Below, piece after piece: positions 1 to 9,091 of a DNA stretch of 64,000 bases. How positions within the stretch are numbered: position 1 is the first letter of the stretch; each line of letters starts with the position of its first letter. The translations under genes were made by a program, and so were the position numbers. The stretch is from an uncultured Gammaproteobacteria bacterium (lineage in GTDB: Bacteria > Patescibacteriota > Microgenomatia > Daviesbacterales > UBA10151): assembly GCA_964422835.1 (NCBI GenBank), contig CAYRCR010000001.1, positions 212,517 to 276,516 on the forward strand, given 5' to 3'. Below the pieces are notes generated by a model, which did not search any database, had not been told where the DNA came from, and saw nothing but the letters and a program-made list of their open reading frames with translations.

Positions 1-306
1 ATCGGCAATCACAATATCCCACTTGCCGGAAACAGTTTCTTTATAAAGTTTTTTAAAAGTTTCCTGCGCTGTCCTTTTGTGTTCTGCCGGTAAAAATTTA
101 TCACCTAAAATCCCCACAAACCCCTTACCTCCTTGAATAATTTTAATCTTTAATTTCTTAAGGGATTTAAGTTCCCCGGAAAAAGTATTTTTGCCAAACT
201 GAACAATGAGAATTTTTTTATTGTACCCCGCCCCGCGGATAGCCAGTCCCAAAGCTGCAGTCGTCTTCCCCTTCCCGTCACCTGTATAAACAATGACCAT
301 GCCCAT
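1..306 (-). CDS. cobO: cob(I)yrinic acid a,c-diamide adenosyltransferase (CobO/BtuR family), runs off window edge
   Basis: Not in ORF track; manual translation MGMVIVYTGDGKGKTTAALGLAIRGAGYNKKILIVQFGK contains the CobO P-loop YTGxGKGKTTAA. Confidence 0.9.
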   Translation of the reverse strand, partial: MGMVIVYTGDGKGKTTAALGLAIRGAGYNKKILIVQFGKNTFSGELKSLKKLKIKIIQGGKGFVGILGDKFLPAEHKRTAQETFKKLYKETVSGKWDIVIAD

Positions 307-326
307 AATAATACAACTTTCATGCA

Positions 327-373
327 GGATTTATGCTGCCACCCTTGGGGTGGATTAGCTTGACACCTGCGGA
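327..373. repeat. REP-like hairpin/direct repeat upstream of RAYT; also supplies the TTGACA -35
   Basis: CCACCCTTGGGGTGG hairpin at 339-353; GGATTTATGCTGCCACCCTTGGGGTGGA is repeated as GGATTCATGCTGACACCCTTGAGGCGGA at 1096-1123. Confidence 0.75.
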
Positions 374-396
374 ATTTGGGATTATGCTAGGGTCAA

Positions 397-1047
397 ATGC
401 CATCGAGAACATTTCCATTTTCTAACGGCTATTTTTACCACATATTTAATAGGGGGAGTGAAAAACGATCTATTTTTGAAACCCAACGCGATTACCAGAG
501 GTTCTTAAAGACACTAAAATATTACCAAATACTCGGGCCCAAACCAAGATTTTCCCGTTTCCCCTCACCCTTATCTAACAAACTGGATGAATCCCAAAAA
601 GTTATCGAAATCATAGCTTTCTGTTTAATGCCCAACCACTTCCATCTGTTGCTCAGACAAAATACGGATCGGGGCATAACTGAATTTACCAGCAAACTTA
701 GTAATAGTTACACCAAATATTACAATACTAAACATACCCGGGTTGGCCCCCTATTCCAGGGAGAATTTAAGGCAGTCCTCATGGAAAGTGATGAACAGCT
801 CGTGCATGTCTCCCGCTATATTCACCTTAATCCCGTAGTTTCCGGTTTAGTCAAACAACCTGACCACTATCAATGGTCTTCATATAGAGAATTTCTCGAT
901 CCAATAAAAAGTGGCGTTTGTCTCAAAGATCCAATACTGGGATTCTTCAAAAATCCTAGTGATTACCAGCAATTTGTTTTAGACCAAATAGGATATGCCC
1001 AAGAACTTGAATTTATAAAACACCAGCTACTGGATGCTGAAGCTTAA
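397..1047 (+). mobile_element. REP-associated tyrosine transposase (RAYT; Y1/HUH, IS200-like superfamily)
   Basis: YYHIFNRG-like N-terminus, FCLMPNHFHLL HUH motif, YIHLNPV catalytic Tyr, YQWSSY; flanked by palindromes. Confidence 0.88.
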
Positions 1048-1062
1048 TTCATGATTCGTGCG

Positions 1063-1123
1063 TCCACCTCGGAGGTGGATTGTATTGACACCTAAGGATT
1101 CATGCTGACACCCTTGAGGCGGA
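1063..1123. repeat. REP-like hairpins downstream of RAYT
   Basis: TCCACCTCGGAGGTGGA (1063-1079) followed by TTGTATTGACACCT, mirroring 350-369. Confidence 0.75.
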
Positions 1124-1160
1124 AAGCTAAAACATAATCGTGCATTTAATTTAATAAATT

Positions 1161-1508
1161 TTAGGAGAAACGTTTTCTACTAGAATAAAACCAGATAAAA
1201 AGTCCTATATATATCACTATTCTAAGCCAGGAAATTGGAGAAACAAGTTCTTCGCTTGGTGCATAAAGAAGTAACATTACTAACTGAAATATTCCTAAAG
1301 CACCTAATCCAAAGACACTCCAAGTTTTAGATTTATACAACCCTAATCCGATTGCCAATGTAAAAATGGCTATCACTAAATAAAATGTTAAACCAAATAA
1401 ATCTACCTGCCCGGAACCAAATGATTTGATTGTGCTCACAAAGAGAGGTGCACTACTAATCACCAATAAAACTCCCAGAATTTTAGCTACCTTAACTGGA
1501 GTCACCAT
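1161..1508 (-). CDS. hypothetical membrane protein (about 4 TM)
   Basis: 115 aa hydrophobic ORF. Confidence 0.7.
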   Translation of the reverse strand: MVTPVKVAKILGVLLVISSAPLFVSTIKSFGSGQVDLFGLTFYLVIAIFTLAIGLGLYKSKTWSVFGLGALGIFQLVMLLLYAPSEELVSPISWLRIVIYIGLFIWFYSSRKRFS

Positions 1509-1565
1509 GGATTTAATTATTAATTATTTTGGTAATTTTGTCAATCAACCCTGCAGTTAATTAAT

Positions 1566-4232
1566 TTAGCACATTGAATAGCCGCAGGAATGGCATTTTT
1601 TGCAACCTTCGGCAAAAACAAATGTGGCCTGGCCACATTCCGGGCAAAGGTCAGCAATTTCGGACTTCGGATATCGGTTATCGAATATCGGAGAATTATT
1701 ATTATTCTCGCTATTACTTTCCACAACAAGATTGAGGGGTAAAGGTTCCGGTTGACTTTCTTTGGGCTTTTTTGACTCCAAAAGGGCTAACTCTTCTGCC
1801 AGAGCCTTAGCTATGGCATCAGCCAAACTCATTACCCTGTCCTTGCCAAAACCTATTTGGGATGAACCTCCGATTCCCCGCAATTGTCCGACAATTTTTC
1901 TGGCAATGGAGTTGGCATCGGTCCGGGAAATCCGGCGGAGAGCCAAAGAAACCAGTCTCCCGATTGCTTCCGCATCAGCCGACGTATGCATCCCGGCCCT
2001 GCCGATTGTCACAAACACCTCAAAGAGTTGATCCCTACTGTCCCGATTGATAGTAATAAAAGCTTCACCAACAGGCGTATTAACCTTATAGGTCCGGCCC
2101 CGAAGAACCATCGGTCTTTTACCTAAACTATCAGCCATCCCCTCCTGTTTAGATACGGTTTTCCCCATTAACTGGTCATAATATGAACCTTCCTTTTTAA
2201 TCTCCAAAATCTGTTTTTCCCGTGAGCCGTCACGGTAGATAGTTATCCCGCGGCAGCCTGTTTCATATACCATCGTATAAGCAGAGCGCACATCTTCCAC
2301 AGTTGCGCTGTTAGGGAAGTTGACAGTTTTGGAAATGGCATTGTCAACATGTTTTTGGAAAGCAGCTTGTATCTTAATATGCCACTCCGGAGTAATGTCG
2401 TGGGCCACCACAAATATTTTTTGCCATTTAAGAGGAACTTCTGCTATACCTTGGACTGATCCGTGGTTTTTTTCGATTTTTTCAAGAAGTGTGTCAGAAT
2501 AAAAACCTTCGTCCTTTGCCATTTTCAAAAAGAAAGGGTTGGTGGTAAAAAGCCTTTTTCCTTCAATGGTATTTTTGGCATAAGCAACACCAAAATATGG
2601 TTCAATGCCGGAGGAGGCATCAGCCAACATTGAGGTAGTACCGGTGGGGGCAATTGTAGTAAGCGCTCCATTGCGGGGTTTTAAGCTTTCGCCCCGAAAA
2701 TAGGGGCTTTTGGAATCATATATGGATCCCGGCCAGGCAAGGAAAGCACCTCTTGTTTTAGCAAGCCCAACGCTTGAGGTACGGGCAGTTTGGGTGATAA
2801 ATTCCATCACATCTTCCGCAACGCGCAAGCCCTCTTCAGTGTTATAACCTACCCCAAGCTGTACCAAAAGATCAGCAAAACCCATCACTCCCAAGCCCAT
2901 TCTTCTTATTTTTTGGGTCATTTCATTGACAGCCGGAATTGGATACCTGCTCATTTCTATAACATTGTCCAAAAAGTGCACTGCCAGTTTGACAGTTTCA
3001 CCCAAAAGTTCCCAGTCGATTTGTCCGTCTTTAACATGCTTCCCCACATTAATGCCCCCTAAATTACAGGCATCATAAGGCAGGAGCGGTTGCTCCCCAC
3101 AGGGGTTCGTGGATTCAATCGTGCCTAAATTGGGGGTTGGATTGGCGCGGGAATTATTAATGCGGTCCATGAAAATCATCCCCGGATCGCCAAAATGCCA
3201 GGCCAGTTCAGTAATCAAAAGAAATACTTTTTTGGCATTAAGGCGGTCTGTCACTGTGCCGTTTCTGGGGTTTATCAATTCATATCCTTCATCTTCGTGA
3301 GTGGCCCGGGTTGCCTCATACAATTTTTTAACTGCGTCTTCCACTCTCTTCAATTTTAAATCAACATCACGGATAGCCTCTGCTTCCCTTATTTCTTCAA
3401 TAACGCTTTTCCAATCAGGCTCTTTTTCAACATATTTGCCGTCTTTTTTAACCTGTTCCATCCAGTCCTCTGTTACAGAAACAGAAATATTAAAATTAGT
3501 CAGGGAAAATTCATCCACTTTCATTACTGCAAAACGCAGGATATCAGGATGGGTAATGTGCAAAATCCCCATGTTTGCCCCGCGTCTTACCCCACCTTGT
3601 TTTACTTGGGAAGTCACATCATTGTAAGCCTGTAAAAATGATGTCGGACCGACTGTTGTCCCGCCCGATGAAGCAATTGTATCCCCATGGGGCCGGAGGC
3701 GGGAAAAAGAAAATCCAGTCCCTCCACCGGATTTATGGATCATCACCATGTCAACTAGAGTTTGGGCAATCGAGCGCATATCATCTTCGATCGGCAGGAC
3801 AAAACAGGCAGATAACTGTTGCATGGGTTTCCCGGCATTGAGCATAGTTGGGGTATTGGGGATAAATTTTTGCAGGGCCATGGCGCAGTAGAATTCTTTG
3901 GCTGTTGTAAGAAAGTGGTCTTTATTTGAATCAAATTGCAAATCGGCGCAGGCAATATTAAAGGCCACCCGCCAAAACATCTCTCCGGCATTCTCTTCGG
4001 GTTCACTTTGAGCGTTTCTTCTGGCATATCTGGTCTTGCCAATATAGATGGCTGTCTCGGAAAGCGTAGGTTCCGGTAAATCTTTTGGCACAGACAGGAT
4101 ATTTTTACCAATTTCCCAAACCTCCTCCCGGCTGTATGTTTTAACATTTTTAGCATGACCATTACTAACCTTTTGTTTAGACCTTGCTACTGTCAATTGC
4201 AAATTGACTGATTTTTGTATTTTTCTTTTCAT
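1566..4232 (-). CDS. nrdJ: adenosylcobalamin-dependent (class II) ribonucleotide reductase with C-terminal TSCPD-like and Zn-ribbon domains
   Basis: PNTPTMLNAG, LSACFVL, RRGANMG, TNPCGEQPL, TIAPTGT, C-terminal CPECG...EGCKKCHSCGYSMC. Confidence 0.95.
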   Translation of the reverse strand: MKRKIQKSVNLQLTVARSKQKVSNGHAKNVKTYSREEVWEIGKNILSVPKDLPEPTLSETAIYIGKTRYARRNAQSEPEENAGEMFWRVAFNIACADLQFDSNKDHFLTTAKEFYCAMALQKFIPNTPTMLNAGKPMQQLSACFVLPIEDDMRSIAQTLVDMVMIHKSGGGTGFSFSRLRPHGDTIASSGGTTVGPTSFLQAYNDVTSQVKQGGVRRGANMGILHITHPDILRFAVMKVDEFSLTNFNISVSVTEDWMEQVKKDGKYVEKEPDWKSVIEEIREAEAIRDVDLKLKRVEDAVKKLYEATRATHEDEGYELINPRNGTVTDRLNAKKVFLLITELAWHFGDPGMIFMDRINNSRANPTPNLGTIESTNPCGEQPLLPYDACNLGGINVGKHVKDGQIDWELLGETVKLAVHFLDNVIEMSRYPIPAVNEMTQKIRRMGLGVMGFADLLVQLGVGYNTEEGLRVAEDVMEFITQTARTSSVGLAKTRGAFLAWPGSIYDSKSPYFRGESLKPRNGALTTIAPTGTTSMLADASSGIEPYFGVAYAKNTIEGKRLFTTNPFFLKMAKDEGFYSDTLLEKIEKNHGSVQGIAEVPLKWQKIFVVAHDITPEWHIKIQAAFQKHVDNAISKTVNFPNSATVEDVRSAYTMVYETGCRGITIYRDGSREKQILEIKKEGSYYDQLMGKTVSKQEGMADSLGKRPMVLRGRTYKVNTPVGEAFITINRDSRDQLFEVFVTIGRAGMHTSADAEAIGRLVSLALRRISRTDANSIARKIVGQLRGIGGSSQIGFGKDRVMSLADAIAKALAEELALLESKKPKESQPEPLPLNLVVESNSENNNNSPIFDNRYPKSEIADLCPECGQATFVFAEGCKKCHSCGYSMC

Positions 4233-4672
4233 AAAAGAGCCCTCACTTCTTTCGTAAAATCATCCGGGCGGGAAAACTGCCTGTAAACGCTCATAAACCG
4301 GAGGTATGCCACACTATCCAGCTTCTTAAGTTCTGCAAGAACCATCCTGCCAATAGCCTTGGAAGCAATCTGCTGATTACCTTTGCGCCGGATCTTTCTT
4401 TCAATTTTGTCCGTCACTTCCTGCGCACGTATCAGAGCCGGTCTTTTTTCCAGCGCTTTAATAAGTCCTGCCGTCAGTTTTTCCTTATTAAAGGCCTCTC
4501 TCCTACCGTCTTTTTTAATAACCATCAGCTCCACTCCAGCAATTTTCTCATAAGTTGTAAAACGCCTGCCGCATTTTAAACATTCACGCCTCCGCCTAAT
4601 CTCACCCACACCCGCAACCGGCCTTTTATCTACTACACGGTGTAGGACACTCTCACAAAATGGGCACTTCAT
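4229..4672 (-). CDS. nrdR: transcriptional repressor NrdR
   Basis: MKCPFC...IRRRRECLKCGRRFTTYE Zn ribbon plus ATP cone, VAYLRF. Confidence 0.97.
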   Translation of the reverse strand: MKCPFCESVLHRVVDKRPVAGVGEIRRRRECLKCGRRFTTYEKIAGVELMVIKKDGRREAFNKEKLTAGLIKALEKRPALIRAQEVTDKIERKIRRKGNQQIASKAIGRMVLAELKKLDSVAYLRFMSVYRQFSRPDDFTKEVRALL

Positions 4673-4696
4673 TCAAAAAAAATGGTGGTTTATCTA

Positions 4697-4743
4697 ACTT
4701 AACATATAGTAGTATCTCTTTGTCAATACGCAACATATTGCGT
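4697..4743. promoter_or_regulatory. tandem NrdR boxes flanking a TTGACA -35 (minus strand, 4721-4726)
   Basis: ACTTAACATATAGTAG (4697-4712) and ACGCAACATATTGCGT (4728-4743), 31 bp apart, match consensus acaCwAtATaTwGtgt. Confidence 0.85.
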
Positions 4744-4750
4744 ATATACC

Positions 4751-5872
4751 TCATTCTTTTAGTCTGCCAATGTCCGCAGGAGGAGTTGATAAAATTGCCG
4801 GGATCAGTACTTCAAACCGTTTTTCCTTATCAACAATCTTTTCGCGGAAAATCGCCTCTTTATCCGTAGTCTGCCAAAAATTCGCTCCCAAAATCAGGCT
4901 GCCTACACAATTGCCGGAATGGGCAAATCTTAGTACCCCCACAATGGAGTTTTGGGCAATTTGTACTTTAGAATCACACGGAATTTCAATGATGCTGCCG
5001 CCGGAAAAGCTATTGAGAATAACTGTTCCCCCTATCCCCTCTCCCCCGCCTGTAAATTCCAGAGCAACACTCCCCGGCATTTCAAAGTTGTTATAGTAAA
5101 TAAGAGGTGCGCCAAAACGCTCCGGATCCACTATAACTCCCTTGCCTTTTGATACTGTAAATAAGTTATTTGAAATCTTGGGACTGCCGCCATCAACCGT
5201 GATGTATGCTCTGACTGCACTTTCAAAAATGTTATTATAAATAGTTGGGCTGGTGCGATCGGCACAGAGGCTGCATTCACCTGTATTACTAAGGCGTGAA
5301 TCCCGCACGGTAACTTTATTGCCGAGCGACATCTTGCGGTAATTCGATAATTTGCCGAAACTTACAATCCCTTCCTTAATTGAAATTACATTAAATTCAA
5401 CTTTTGTTTCCTCTGTGGCGTTTTCTGCTTCAATAATAATAGGCTGTTCTTTCATCCCCAGGGCATAAACTTTGGCAAAATAAAGGGAAATTTTATTCTG
5501 CTCATCCCAAAAAAATTCGCCGTTTTTTACCCCCATCCATTCTTCTTCCGTATTCATACCCTGTTTCAGATGCCACGGCAGCCAGTCTAAATTAAAAATA
5601 TCCCCCAAGCGTCTGACTGAAATTTTTGTGCCCGGAATAATATTGACGCGTGTTCCCGGCATTGCCCAAATATCCCCCGTAATAGTTATTTCTCCACTCC
5701 AACTTTCATTCCGAAAAATTATGCCTGATTTTTGCCGGTTGGACACTTTTGCTTCCGGTAAAATTTGCGGGACAAAATATGCTACAAAAATCCACACTAA
5801 ACTTACCACCCCTGCCGCTAAACAGAACCGCAGAAACCAATGGAGCCTGAAAAGATATTTATCCCGAAGCAT
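4751..5872 (-). CDS. membrane-anchored right-handed beta-helix repeat protein
   Basis: N-terminal TM; SPTIYNNIF/SPKISNNLF/APLIYYNNF repeats. Confidence 0.7.
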   Translation of the reverse strand: MLRDKYLFRLHWFLRFCLAAGVVSLVWIFVAYFVPQILPEAKVSNRQKSGIIFRNESWSGEITITGDIWAMPGTRVNIIPGTKISVRRLGDIFNLDWLPWHLKQGMNTEEEWMGVKNGEFFWDEQNKISLYFAKVYALGMKEQPIIIEAENATEETKVEFNVISIKEGIVSFGKLSNYRKMSLGNKVTVRDSRLSNTGECSLCADRTSPTIYNNIFESAVRAYITVDGGSPKISNNLFTVSKGKGVIVDPERFGAPLIYYNNFEMPGSVALEFTGGGEGIGGTVILNSFSGGSIIEIPCDSKVQIAQNSIVGVLRFAHSGNCVGSLILGANFWQTTDKEAIFREKIVDKEKRFEVLIPAILSTPPADIGRLKE

Positions 5873-5925
5873 GTTGGCTCAACTATTGTATCACTACTTG
5901 ACGGGCAGGAACAATTTGCTCCACA

Positions 5926-6654
5926 ATGAAACTGGTGCATAAATTCCTGCCTTTAGTACTTCTTGTTGTCATAATTTTTATTGTATTTTCTTACCTGCCC
6001 ATCCGGCGGGTGATATTTTACCGCCTTGGCATTACCAACGATTCCACTACTTCATGCTGCAGTGTTGAGGAAATTATGTCCTCATCGGGAAAATTTGATG
6101 AGGAAACCGCCGCAGCTATCTTTAATAACCAGGTCGTTGATTACCCCAGGACTTCCCTGGCCTATGCTTATTCGGAGTCCCTTGCACAAAGTATAAGTAA
6201 TGATGGCCCGACAGTTTTGGGGGCAGAAAATACTGACAAAGATGAAAAATGGATTGATGTATCACTTGACGAACAAAGGCTTAGAGCCTATGAAGGAAAT
6301 AGAGTCGTCCTGGAATTCCCTATCTCTTCCGGGCTCTGGACTCCTACCCCGAAAGGGACATTTCAGATTTGGCACAAAACTCGAAGCCAACGGATGAAGG
6401 GCGGGTCAAAAGAAATGGGCACTTATTATGATCTGCCCAATGTACCAAACAATATGTTCTTTTATAAAGGCTACGCTATTCACGGGGCCTATTGGCACAA
6501 TAATTTCGGGCATCCGATGAGCCATGGCTGCGTCAACTCACCCCTCTCATCTGTTGCCAAACTGTTTGAATGGGCGGGACCGACGGTAGATATCGGGCAA
6601 AATGTTGCCCATGCCACAACTGATAATCCGGGTACAAAAGTAATAGTCCACTAA
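5926..6654 (+). CDS. L,D-transpeptidase (YkuD family)
   Basis: IDVSLDEQRL, TPKGTF, AIHGAYWH...MSHGCVN catalytic motif. Confidence 0.92.
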   Translation: MKLVHKFLPLVLLVVIIFIVFSYLPIRRVIFYRLGITNDSTTSCCSVEEIMSSSGKFDEETAAAIFNNQVVDYPRTSLAYAYSESLAQSISNDGPTVLGAENTDKDEKWIDVSLDEQRLRAYEGNRVVLEFPISSGLWTPTPKGTFQIWHKTRSQRMKGGSKEMGTYYDLPNVPNNMFFYKGYAIHGAYWHNNFGHPMSHGCVNSPLSSVAKLFEWAGPTVDIGQNVAHATTDNPGTKVIVH

Positions 6655-6656
6655 GT

Positions 6657-7097
6657 TCACTTCTTTTGCACTCTGCCAAGAAGCGTAATTACCTGTTCTA
6701 ATTTTTTATCCTGCTCATCAAGGTGGATAAATATCTTTTCAATATCTTTATAAATTGATTCCGTAGTTTTAAACTCTTCTTCTGCGCGCATCTCGGTGTG
6801 TCTACCTAATAAGTTTTGTCCCACCATAATAAGAGACATCAACGGCAACTGCAGGGCAGAGGCTATAAAAAGTAAAAAAGCAAAAGGATATGGGTCAAAA
6901 GGGAGATCTGATGAGGATTGCCAAAGCATCCAAAGAGCCATAATAAAAATGGCAAAATAAACGGCCCACATTGTTCCAATCAGTCTGGTCGTCCAAAGAG
7001 CGACTCTTTCCTGAAACCCAATGCTTTGCCTGTGCTTGATGTTAATATTCTCCGGCTTATGCCGGAGGTTTAGATAATCTACCAGTTTATCGCTCAT
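6657..7097 (-). CDS. DUF1003-family membrane protein
   Basis: FDPYPFAFL...PLMSLIMVGQN motif. Confidence 0.8.
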   Translation of the reverse strand: MSDKLVDYLNLRHKPENINIKHRQSIGFQERVALWTTRLIGTMWAVYFAIFIMALWMLWQSSSDLPFDPYPFAFLLFIASALQLPLMSLIMVGQNLLGRHTEMRAEEEFKTTESIYKDIEKIFIHLDEQDKKLEQVITLLGRVQKK

Positions 7098-7954
7098 ATT
7101 TTTCCTTCAGAACCAAATACCTCTATCTTCTGTTCTACCACTTTTTGGATACTTTCCACAACAGGCTTTTCAATTTTATACATGGCTGCCTCGTCCGGAC
7201 TCCCTGCCAAAACTTTTGTCAGCTCTTCTTTAAAGGCCAAACGAAGTTCAGTGTTGATATTTACTTTGACAATTCCGTTTTGAATAGCTTCTTTTACTTG
7301 GTCATCGGGCAGGCCTGATGCCCCATGCAAACTTAAAAGACAACCAGAAGCCTCATTGATCCGTCTTAATCTTTCTATGTCAATATTCTCGTCCCCGGCA
7401 CTATAAACCCCATGCAAATTTCCCACAAAAACAGCCAAGATGTCAGCCCCACTATCTCTCATAAACAGTGCCGCTTTTTCAGGATCAGTCATAGGTACTT
7501 TACCCAAATCATCTACCACGGAACCAGCGTGCATTTCCGATGATCCTCCGATATGGTCCATTTCCACCTCAACAGTTAAACCTCTTTGGTGAGCCGCTTC
7601 TACCACTTTTCTGGCAATTTCCAAATTTTGTTCCAGCGGGAGTTTTGAGCCGTCAAAATGAATCATGTCATACCCTGCTTCAATGCCTTTCAGACAATCT
7701 TCCAAAGTTTCAGTATGATCCAGATTTACCAAAACAGGAACGCTAAATTCTGCAGAAAAATTACGGGCCAAATCCACAATGTTTTCTGAACCCAGCCAGG
7801 AAGTTTCACCGGGGGATGATTCAATAATTATGGGAGATTTTTTATTGGCAGCAGCAGAAACTATGGCCTTAAAAGTTTCCAGATTCCCCACATTAAACGC
7901 CCCAATGGCAAACTTTTCATCTTTGGCCTTCTGAAGCCACTCTCTTGCCGTCAT
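7094..7954 (-). CDS. fba: class II fructose-bisphosphate aldolase
   Basis: AIGAFN, NLDH, FDGS, GNLHG, LHGASG, KVNINTE. Confidence 0.92.
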   Translation of the reverse strand: MTAREWLQKAKDEKFAIGAFNVGNLETFKAIVSAAANKKSPIIIESSPGETSWLGSENIVDLARNFSAEFSVPVLVNLDHTETLEDCLKGIEAGYDMIHFDGSKLPLEQNLEIARKVVEAAHQRGLTVEVEMDHIGGSSEMHAGSVVDDLGKVPMTDPEKAALFMRDSGADILAVFVGNLHGVYSAGDENIDIERLRRINEASGCLLSLHGASGLPDDQVKEAIQNGIVKVNINTELRLAFKEELTKVLAGSPDEAAMYKIEKPVVESIQKVVEQKIEVFGSEGKI

Positions 7955-7978
7955 AAATTTATGATAACATACTGGTTG

Positions 7979-9091
7979 TTATTTGCCTTGAATAGCTTTT
8001 TGCAAAGATTCACAAATGTATGTCACTTTATCTTTTGATAAATTGCCATAAAAAGGCAAGGCCAGAGTTCTTCGGCCCACTTCTTCAGTGACAGGAAAAT
8101 CACCCATCTTATAACCAAATCGTTCGACATAAACAGGCTGGAGATGAATGGGGATAAAATATGGGCGTGATGGAATGCCCATTTTTTGCAAGTTATTCAT
8201 GACTTTATCCCGATTACCATTCATAAGTTGAATCACATACACAAACCAGCTCATTTTAGTCACCATTGGATCAATATAGGGAATTTTGATTCCTTCAATT
8301 CGGTTCAATTGCTCATTGTACCAAGAAGCTACTTTCTCGCGTTTTTCCAGCAACTCATCAATCCTGGAAAGCTGTGCCACCCCCAAGGCCGCGCTCATTT
8401 CATCAAGGCGGTAATTGTAGCCCAAACGGATATGATCAAGCCATCCGCCTCCCTCACCCCTGCCCTGATTTCTTAGGCTCTTAAATAATTCCCGCCACTC
8501 CGTGTTACTTGTCACAATAATTCCACCTTCACCTGTAGTCATCTGTTTATTCGGGTAAAATGCAAACACTGCCGCATCGCCAAAACTACCTGCTTTTTTG
8601 CCCTTAAACTCTGCTCCAATTGCCTCACAGGCATCCTCAATTACTAAAAGTTTGTGTTTTTGGGCAACCACAAGAAGCTCATCCATTCGGCAAGGCTGGC
8701 CAAAAGCATGGACAGGCAGGATCGCTTTGGTTTGAGGGGTAATTTTTTCTTCAATCCCGCTCACATCAATGTTTAAAGTCCCCTGTTCAATATCAACAAA
8801 AACTGGCTTTGCCCTCTCATAGAGAATACAATTGGCTGAGGCAATAAAAGAGAAGGGAGTAGTTATTACTTCATCTCCCTCCCCAATTCCTGCCGCAATC
8901 ATGCACAGGTGCAATCCGGCAGTACCGCTGCTTACCCCTGCGGCATAGTTTGTGCCAATAAATCTAGCCATACTCTCTTCAAATTTTTCAAGCATTGGGC
9001 CCATACTCAAATCAGGGGTATCAAGTACCTGACCAATCAGATCTTTTTCTTTTTGAGTAATATCCGGACCAGAGAGTTTAATCTCCTCCAT
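7979..9091 (-). CDS. DegT/DnrJ/EryC1/StrS PLP-dependent sugar aminotransferase
   Basis: SSGTAGLH, IEDACEA, FAFYPNKQMTTGEGG, GYNYRL. Confidence 0.93.
   Translation of the reverse strand: MEEIKLSGPDITQKEKDLIGQVLDTPDLSMGPMLEKFEESMARFIGTNYAAGVSSGTAGLHLCMIAAGIGEGDEVITTPFSFIASANCILYERAKPVFVDIEQGTLNIDVSGIEEKITPQTKAILPVHAFGQPCRMDELLVVAQKHKLLVIEDACEAIGAEFKGKKAGSFGDAAVFAFYPNKQMTTGEGGIIVTSNTEWRELFKSLRNQGRGEGGGWLDHIRLGYNYRLDEMSAALGVAQLSRIDELLEKREKVASWYNEQLNRIEGIKIPYIDPMVTKMSWFVYVIQLMNGNRDKVMNNLQKMGIPSRPYFIPIHLQPVYVERFGYKMGDFPVTEEVGRRTLALPFYGNLSKDKVTYICESLQKAIQGK

Noticed and set aside
1566-4232. Possible intein or intron in nrdJ
   Set aside because: Frame is continuous; no C/S...HN splice motifs or homing endonuclease seen.
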